Positions 55,204 to 64,000 of a stretch of DNA of 64,000 nt are shown here, piece after piece; position 1 is the stretch's first letter; each line of letters starts with the position of its first letter. The notes under the pieces were generated by a model that did no database searches, was not told the origin of the DNA, and worked only from the letters and a program-made list of their open reading frames with translations. The DNA lies in assembly GCA_021613535.1 (NCBI GenBank), contig CP075496.1, positions 7,936,001 to 8,000,000 on the forward strand, in the 5' to 3' direction. The translations under genes were made by a program, and so were the position numbers. This DNA is from Adineta vaga (Eukaryota > Animalia > Rotifera).

Positions 55204-56788
55204 CTATTTTGTGTCGATTGATTCCCAACCAGCATCATCATCATCGGCCCATTTTTCATCATCGAAATTAATTAAATTTGGCGCTGCTGCGGGCGCAGGT
55301 GTTGCTTTTACTTTCGGTTCTGATTTAGTTTTCGATGATGTCGATGAATTGGAATTGTTAGACTTTTTGGAAGATGATGGTCGAGTTGTCGAAGTCGGTG
55401 ATTTAGAAGTTGGTTCATCATTTAGCCATGATTCAAAACTAAGATCACGTTCACGTTTAGAAACATCATCGTTCGATTTCGATTGTTGTTGATGTTGATG
55501 TTGAGAAACTGGTAAACTATTGAATGTATTTTGATAACCAGAATCACGACTATATGTTGACGAATCGGATTGCTGTTGATATGAAGATGATGACCAATCA
55601 TTCTAGAAACAAAATACATAGAATTTTCAATAAGAAATCAAAACTTTCGGAATGTCAGTTTCTCAAAGAAATATATAAAAATATACATACTGTATCAGAA
55701 TAACCATGCGTATTATGCAATCGTTGATCTTCTCGATCTGCTGAATGATAATTTCCTGACCATAATGATTGCATATCGGACCATGTTTTCGTACCCATTT
55801 TGCCCATTGATGATGCAATATTCGTAACTCCTGATTGCACATTTGTCAATAATGAACCATCTTTAGCTTGCTCAGATACTTTCGATGTTAATTCAGTTGC
55901 TTTATCAGCTGCTGTTTTCGATATTTTAAAAACTGAATCTTTAGCTACACCAGCCCATTTAGCAGCATTGAGACCCATATTTGAAATTGATGACGTTAAG
56001 AGATCTGGATTTGATGATTGTTGTTCAGACGATGTGTCATAATTAGTATTTCCAAAGCCCCAATATTTTGGATTACCACTACCAAGACCTGATGGATATT
56101 CTTGTTCATTTGAACCACTGTTTTGATAACCACCACCACCACTGCTGCCACTACTATAATCTTGACTACGTTGTTCAGATGATCTATATTGTGAACGTTC
56201 AGTTGGAGTTGGCTAATATATATTTAAATGATAAGAATCTTGTTTTATTTCAAAGAATGCACTTACTTTTGATGGTTTTTCATTAAGACTTGCTGATGAA
56301 GACGATACATATGGAGAACTATGACTTTGGGCAGGTGAAGAATTTATAGACCACGTTTTACCTTGTGCTTCAGTAGATATCTTATCTCGATAAAGAGCAG
56401 CAGCGCGAGAATTATAGCGTTGTTGTAAACCCATTGTACTTGCATTATAATCTGGTTGACTAGCAAAAAATTCCTTAGCTCGACGATTACCACCAGCTTT
56501 CATTTTTTCCAGTTCAAGTTCTTTCCATTTATCCATCGTTACTGAACGAACAAATGAAAGATGAACACCAAGACCACGATGTTTACCGGAACATTCCAGA
56601 CAGATAAAAATACCTGAAATATAAATAAATCAGATTAAGTCAATAAATAAAATACATATGTGTGTGTGTATCTTACCGTAGGAAACTGAAACCCATTGTG
56701 GATTTAATGCTCCGCATTCAAAGCAAACATTATTGTCATCTTTTAATTTGAGATCTTTTAAAACGGATCGAGTACGCGGACTGGCCAT
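55204..56788 (-). CDS. ARFGAP1: ADP-ribosylation factor GTPase-activating protein 1
   Basis: MASPRTRSV...[59 protein letters not shown]; ALPS-like region; C-terminal diW acidic motif WADDDDAGWESI. Confidence 0.95.
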
Positions 56789-56970
56789 TTGTTTCTCTCG
56801 ATCGAAATCTAGAAGAGTTATAAATATTTAACAAAAATTCAGAATTAAACAATAGAAAGATAAAAAAAATCAATAATCGAAAACTAAAACAATAAATAAA
56901 AAGATATAAGAATAAAACATTTCTAGATTAATTCATTGTTTGAAATGGGATAAAAATCTGAATTAATTTT

Positions 56971-59114
56971 TTAGTTTCTATTACTACTATCATCTCGTAA
57001 CCGTTTTGACGACTTTCTATCACGATGCGAGTAATCACCGGGTGATGACCTTCGATCATGATCGAATACTTGTGATTGTTTGTTGGATAGATTAGACGAT
57101 TCATCGTCATTCCGATGATGATGATGTTCTCTGAAAGAATTAAACATCACGGATATGGGAATAATAAATAAATAAATATTTACTTTCGTGAATATCGTTC
57201 ACGCATATGTTCGTTATCTTGATGACGTTTATGAGATGATGATGAACGGTGATTTGATGAGTAATGATGATCTCTTTTGAATAAAGAATACAAATGTTTC
57301 TACCAAAATCAAAATCTTAAGTATACTTATGTCGTTTCTTATATCGATCATCTCGAGTTGATTGTTCATTATCACTATTAGCTGTAGAAACAATACCATT
57401 TGCTTCAATAGGCCCTTTTTGCTCTGGTGTTGAACTACGTGATGAACGGTTTTCTAATGTTAGATCTTGACTCTGTGATGGGAATGAGTCAGATGGATAA
57501 CTGACTATTGGAATCATACCATTACTAATTAAATACAAAGAGCGATCGACACTTAAGCTAAAGAGAATACAAACTTATTCCACGTTTGTTGAGGATGATG
57601 TGGCAGAAAATGTGGAGGTATTGAAAATCTAAATTCAATATTTTGACGCTTCTTTTTGAAAAGAATACTCTTTAAATTACCTACTACCATGCATTCTTAC
57701 AAGACGAGCGTGAGGGTAGAATTGTGGAACATGGTGTGTACTGGTTTGATGACCAAATGGAGGTCGAAATGGCATGCCATGTACAGGTATCATCGATGGT
57801 CGATGTGTACTGAAGATTGGAATGTGATGAGTACTATTTGTAACTGGTGATGTCGATAAAAGATCATCTGTTGTTTGTTCATTGAATCTTGATTGATAAC
57901 AATTAATCGAACGTTTACTTCTAGAAGTATTTCGAGAAAACTTACGGAACAGATTTGTTTATCAGTGGTGATTGATCAAAATTATTTGATGCATCGAATG
58001 TGGGTCGTCGAGATGTTAGGTCATTTGTACCTAACATAAAATCAAGATGATCAGTAAAACTGAATTGTGTTTTATCTTACCGATAACATCAATTGTTCCA
58101 TTCGATTTTCGTATATTCATTGGATGAGTTGTTGTAGAATGACTGGGAAACATGTGAGGCATTACTGGAGTCTAACAAAGATTCCAGATAGAAAAACAAA
58201 TAGTTATTAAGATGAAATATTCTATATGTACAGAATTTAGACGTGGCAAATTGTTTTCGAAACGAAGACGACGTTGTCGATCTCTGTATTGTGTCCAGGT
58301 TTCTTCAGTAAATCCATAGTTAAAATAATCGGCAATATCAGTACCTAAAATTATTGCAAAAGCAAACGATAAATATTCATTTGTTACAAATCAATAGTGT
58401 ATATGGAGACTCTAAAGTAAATAAATCTAACCAAGTTCGTATCAGAGAACAGTCAAAACAACAACGAATATTATCTGTTTATGCAATATCTATTCGATAC
58501 CAAACAAAATGTATAATCAGTACGAAGTGATAGGATACAAGCTTTAGAAAAAATTTTAGTCAATTATCTAACCTGGTTTTTTCCATGGTTTTTCTTCATC
58601 AGTACAATTAGTGAGTATATCATATTCAAATGTTGGTTGTCCATTAATAGTACCTTGTGCATTAATGTCTACACTTCGTGTTACTGACACTTTTGATGAC
58701 ATAATTGTGGTTTCTAATTACTTATAAATATGAAAAAGATTTGTCTAATAGCGTTTATTTACCTGACAGTGCACCTCGATTTGTTGGTCGAACTATTGGA
58801 AATATCGATGTTTTTAGTTCAAGCTGTCCAATAAACACTTCCACATTATCATCATCAGAATCTGAATTATCATTGAATTGGTTCTTAATTAGCGATGTCA
58901 CTCTTGGAATACTTGGAACTTCATCCTACAAAATGAATATAAAACATTATACTTGATTCTACTCTATTCAAATATCAATTTGTACATACTTCTTCATCAA
59001 TGTCAGGCACCATCATCTCATCAATCGAAGGTACAACTGGGTTATCCCTAAAAAAAATTCATTTTTATAACACAAAAATAAATAATAGTAATACTATTAC
59101 AAATTTTCATCCAT
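56971..59114 (-). CDS. FIP1L1: Pre-mRNA 3'-end processing factor FIP1 homolog, multi-exon
   Basis: DSDDDNVEVFIG, VDINAQGTINGQPTFEYD, EKPWKKPG/TDIADYFNYGFTEETWTQYRDRQRRLR (Fip1 motif), Pro-rich middle and Arg/His/Ser-rich tail. Confidence 0.9.
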
Positions 59115-59482
59115 TTGAGATTTATTATCTATAAAGAAACGAATTAATCATTGGTATAGAACGAGCAGAATCTTCATAGATTTTGTTTTTATTTAACAAT
59201 ATTTCTTCATCTTATTATATCTCCTCATGTGAGTATATTAACTAATCAGTTATTACTGTAGATGTAAATCTAAAAAAAATATCAAGTAAAAAAAGGTTTT
59301 TTTATCATCAAACATGTGTGTGTTGACGTTAGACAGGAAAATGAGAACCAATTGATAATAAGTGAAATATAATTAAATATTCATGAGGACATCTATCGTT
59401 CGATTGTTTCATTGACGTGACATAGAGTCCAATACATTCATCTCAATTGATCGATCATTTGCATGGTGTTCATTTATTGAAA

Positions 59483-61195
59483 ATGTCCTCGAATTATATG
59501 CTATTTCGATGTGTTTTTTCAATAATAAATATATGCTTTTTTGTAAGTTAGAATTTTGTTTTTACTTAAATATACTAACAATAATTATTTCCGTTAGGCA
59601 TTGGGTTTCGCAGTTGTTGTATATAGTTGGTTATTACATATCAAATCTACTGATTATGGTTCTTTAATAACTAGACCATGGTTTACAGCGCCTGTCATAT
59701 TAATTATCTCAGGTTTGATACGCTTTTTTTCTTAATATGTTCAATACGTTTTTATTTTTGCTTTATAGCGAAATTTTCAATGCTATTAGGTATTCTTGGA
59801 TGTTTTGGTGCATGGTGTGAAAAGCGAGCTCTACTATTTGTGGTAATAATCAAAGAAAATGTCTTTTCTCTCAATATTCACATTATATTTTAGTATATTA
59901 TTACAATGGTACTCGTCTTTATTGGATTATTATTTGGTGTTGTCTTTGTTATTGCTATGAATGAACGAGTAAGTCACAATTATTTTCATTAATGAATATT
60001 TTCTGTATGTTTTACTCTTTGATATAGATTGCTGAGTCTGCTCATAGCAGATTATTGGTCAATATTGGTCAACATCCAGATAAAGATAATGATTTTTACA
60101 AGAAAATGGATTCTATTCAACAACGAGTAAGATTTTAGAAAATAGACGATAGAATTTTTTTTTGCTAAATTATTCTTTAGCTTCATTGTTGTGGTATTGA
60201 TAGTTATCGTGATTGGTCTCAGGGTGATGTATGGTCGGATCAATCTCAAGTTCCAACTTCATGTTGTATTGAAGAAAAAGTGGATTGTGGAAAATTAACG
60301 AATTTTAATGAAACGAATGGATTGATTTATACAGATGTATGTTTAATAATAGCAGTTTTCTTTTTGTTTCAAAAGACAAAGTATGCATATATATATATAT
60401 ATATATAGGGTTGTTTCAATATGATTCAAAAAGAAATTAATCGAAATTTAATGATTGTTGGTATTCTTGCGTTTGTACTTGTTTTTGTTGAAGTAAGTTT
60501 GTTTGTTTGTTTTTGTTTCGATTGATTAGCAAGAGAAAACGAGAAAAGTTTTGAAACAAAAATTGTAATGCTTACTGACTATCATTAAACTAATTAGATA
60601 GGTAGAATATGATTCATCGAAATGAATAGTAATCCACATTGATTGACAGATCAACTTTTAATGAGAAGTATGGATTGTATATATGTAGACATCGAAATAT
60701 GTTCAACCAATAGAAAAATAAATTCATGTCTAGATGAATCGATCAATCAACTATGATTTAGTCGTTTTGGTATCAGATATATTAAATAAGATAAATATCG
60801 TCTTCGATCGATAATAATGATAGTTTATGTTCTATCAGTGTTCGATCAGTAGAACATTTAACTTATGGACAGACCATTGAAGAATTCTTTTCAACCATTT
60901 TATTTCGGTGTTTATGATCGTTCGAAATTTATATTTTGCCCTCAAGCAAGAAATCTATAAACAAAAAAACTCATGTTTTTTATAAGAAATTTTTTGTTTT
61001 TCAAAACAATATCTTCGAATAGTTTCAGTTAAATACGATAATTTAGAATAGATTTTATGTGCAGATAGTTTCTGAGTCAATGTACAATTTCAGATGAATG
61101 AAAAATATGTCTTTTTATTTACTTTTAAGGGTTTTTGTATCGTTGTTGCTCTTGGTTTGCTTTGCTATCTTCGTCAACGCGATAGTTATATTTAA
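59483..61195 (+). CDS. Tetraspanin, multi-exon
   Basis: Four TM segments, GILGCFGAWCEKR, large loop LHCCGIDSYRDW...VPTSCC...IYTDGC; ends RQRDSYI*. Confidence 0.9.
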
Positions 61196-61557
61196 ACGAA
61201 CTGAAACTTTGTAATTAAGCGAACTATACTCATGTTTTGTTCAGATACATTTTGTGTTTTTTTTTCTTTTCTGTTCACAATTTCATCATCATTTCGACCA
61301 TGAAATTTATGCAATATTCGTCATTTCTTTTTGTTCTGAAATTTGTTGATTGGTAGTTTTTCTTCCTATGTTTGAGAGTGTCCATTAAACAGTGTGTAGT
61401 GTCTGTTTTCTTCTTTTCTCTTTTGTATTTTACATTTTTATGACCTTTTGAAATGACTTTGTATACTTCAATTATGAATAAATTTTTGCACATTTAGCAA
61501 GTAAAATTATTTACGAATGTTCTCATACAGTTTGTAGATGATTGAAATTAATTTTCT

Positions 61558-64000
61558 ATGGAAATCAAATCTTTTATTCTCCTGATTCTTCTAAGTCATT
61601 TAGTATTGTTTTACTCAATATTTGATGTTTATTTTACATCACCAATTAATCATGGAATGTCTTTACATCGATCAACTCGATCGCCACGTGCAAAACGTCT
61701 CGTACTTTTTGTTGGAGATGGTTTACGATCGGATAAATTTTTTCAACCATTAAATAATACACCTTATTTAAATTCAATTATTGAAAAAAGAACGAGTCTT
61801 AGCGGCATTTCACATACACGTGTACCGACAGAATCTCGGCCGGGTCATGTAGCAATCATATCTGGATTTTATGAAGATGTATCAGCAGTTTCACGTGGAT
61901 GGAAAGAAAATCCAGGTAAGTTATTTTATAGACAGCGTTTCTCTGCTGACTGAAGATATAACCTCTATCAGATTAAGTACAATCATATGTTATTTATCTT
62001 CAATGTTTGAGGTCATCTTTTGTGCATCATTTGCATCGATATAGACTAAACAGATAAATGTCTCAGGCTATATCTTATATTGCATTACTATACTCTCAAT
62101 GTAATTAGTCTTTCTTTACTATTTAAGTTTATTTCATACTACGCCGACCGTGTAAATTCACGAAATTGAATACGATCAATCGAAATAAGTGTTCTTTATT
62201 TTTTCAGTTGAATTCGATTCTGTATTTAATCGAAGTAGTTATACCTTTGGTTTCGGTAGTCCTGATATTGTTCCAATGTTCAAACGTGGTCAGTCTTATG
62301 AACATTTCTATGTTGAATGTTATGATTCAAATGATGAAGAATTCGGTAATGATCGTGCTCATGAATTAGATCTATGGGTTGAAAGACAATTTCGTAAATT
62401 TTTATTAAATAATACATTAGAAAAACAATTACAAAACGAACAAATTATTTTCTTTTTTCATCTGCTTGGAATTGATACAAATGGTCATTCACATAAGCCA
62501 TGGTCAGATGTTTATATGAAAAATATTCAAATTGTCGATGGAATTATTCAACGATTAGAAAATTTAATTGAAAATTATTATAAACATGATCAAAAAACAA
62601 CCTATCTCTTTACATCCGATCATGGTAAATCAATTATTTTCATTATCAAAGTATTCGAATTATTTCATTTAGGTATGACTGATTGGGGTTCACATGGTGC
62701 TGGTGATGATACTGAAACTTTAACTCCCATACTAATCTGGGGTTCAGGTATTCATTCATCACGTCATACCAATGTTCATATTGAACAAGCTGATTTATGT
62801 CCATTGATGTCTTATTTTCTTGGATTAGATTATGCAATTAATTCAGTTGGTCGTTTACCAATTGATTATCTTTTACCTATCGATGAAGATCTTCTTCAAG
62901 CATATTTACAAAATGCTCGACAATTACTTGAACAAGTAAATAAACAACATGATATCTTAAAAAAACGTTTGTTATTTTTTAAACCATTTGATTTAAATGA
63001 AGAAGATTTTTTTCATCGAATGCAAAGTGGTAAAGGTTATATGAATTTACATGCAGTGAAAGATGATATTAAAAGTAAAATTAAATCTTTTCTTTATAAA
63101 TAACAAAAGTTTTCTTTCTCATTAGATTTTATGCATCGTGTTGCTCAAGCAAGTCATTATTATCATACTTATCGACGATTTTTATTAAGTATTTTAATTC
63201 TAGCCGGTTTTTTAACAACATTATGCACAATTTTATATCAATTAAATCCTACAAAACCAAATAAATCATCTTTTGCATTGTTATGTAAAATAATTCCAAT
63301 CATAATTTTCATTCTATTACTAATCGAACAATCACCTTGGACATATTTACTATATCCATTCTTGGTTTGTGTACATACATGTTTATCAGCTGATTTTGTA
63401 ATTGAATGGTTACGACAAAATGCTATTGAACATATAAAATCACGATCATTTTGGTTAAAAATATTTATGATCGGTTTGTTTTTACAAACATATATTCTAC
63501 CATTTTTTCATCGATGGATGATGGCAATCGGTATTTTCTTGTTATTAATTGAAGCTATTCAACGTTGGCAAGGGTAAATATTTTATATTAATTTGAATCG
63601 ACAATTTGTTTTTTTTTGTTTTTAGATCAATTCTTCACGATCGTTATCGACGTGGATATGGTATTTTACTTATATTTATTCTCATTTTTCCATTTCTTCC
63701 AACTGTTGGTACAATCAAAATAACTCTATCATGGTGTACTATAATCTCTGGTATTCTAACTTGTCTCTTTCATTATTTCTATTTCAAAAATGAATCATAT
63801 TCATCATTTATTTATTATATTCAACGTATTTGTTTATTATTATCTATTATTGATAATTATCTTGTTCATAGTTTATCAATTCGTTCATCATTTCTTCATC
63901 TACTTAGTTGGATTATACTTTTCATTTCATGTTTTCTTCCATTTTTATCTTCAACTAAACATCGCTTGAATCGATTGATTGTTATCTATACGTCGGTCAT
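61558..64000 (+). CDS. PIGN: GPI ethanolamine phosphate transferase 1 (PIGN/MCD4), truncated by window end
   Basis: [79 protein letters not shown]. Confidence 0.95.

Noticed and set aside
61951-62074. Stem-loops in the oversized first PIGN intron (and one in the FIP1 intron 58345-58572) as possible snoRNAs
   Set aside because: No convincing H/ACA or C/D box arrangement; AT-rich hairpins arise by chance. An Infernal/Rfam scan would settle it.

Overview
AT-rich, gene-dense eukaryotic (metazoan) DNA with very short (~50-70 nt) GT-AG introns. The style (tiny introns, intronless 7TM receptors with an 'LQALFR' TM3, foreign-looking enzymes among core animal genes) suggests a bdelloid rotifer, but that is inference. 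About 24 protein-coding genes and one tRNA-Phe are supported: PNISR, NUS1, Ashwin, a short class C-like GPCR, two tandem stomatins, an achaete-scute-like bHLH, calcineurin B, UDP-galactopyranose mutase, a prokaryote-like secreted M14 carboxypeptidase, two paralogous rhodopsin-like GPCRs, a PRDM7/9-like PR-SET gene, CEP350 (with a nested antisense neuropeptide gene), a small EGF-TM protein, NIPBL, an orphan, BBOF1, TDO, ArfGAP1, FIP1, a tetraspanin and PIGN (runs off the window). Main points of interest: (1) a convergent pair of probably horizontally acquired, domesticated enzymes (galactofuranose-making UGM and an M14 peptidase with a signal peptide built from two mini-exons and 12 N-glycosylation sequons); (2) a PRDM9-like SET gene with catalytic tyrosines retained but no zinc-finger array; (3) operon-like same-strand clusters with splice acceptors just before the ATG, suggesting SL trans-splicing; (4) an intron-nested neuropeptide precursor; (5) two single-base frameshifts. 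All gene models were spliced by eye and all homologies are from recalled motifs; no search was run.
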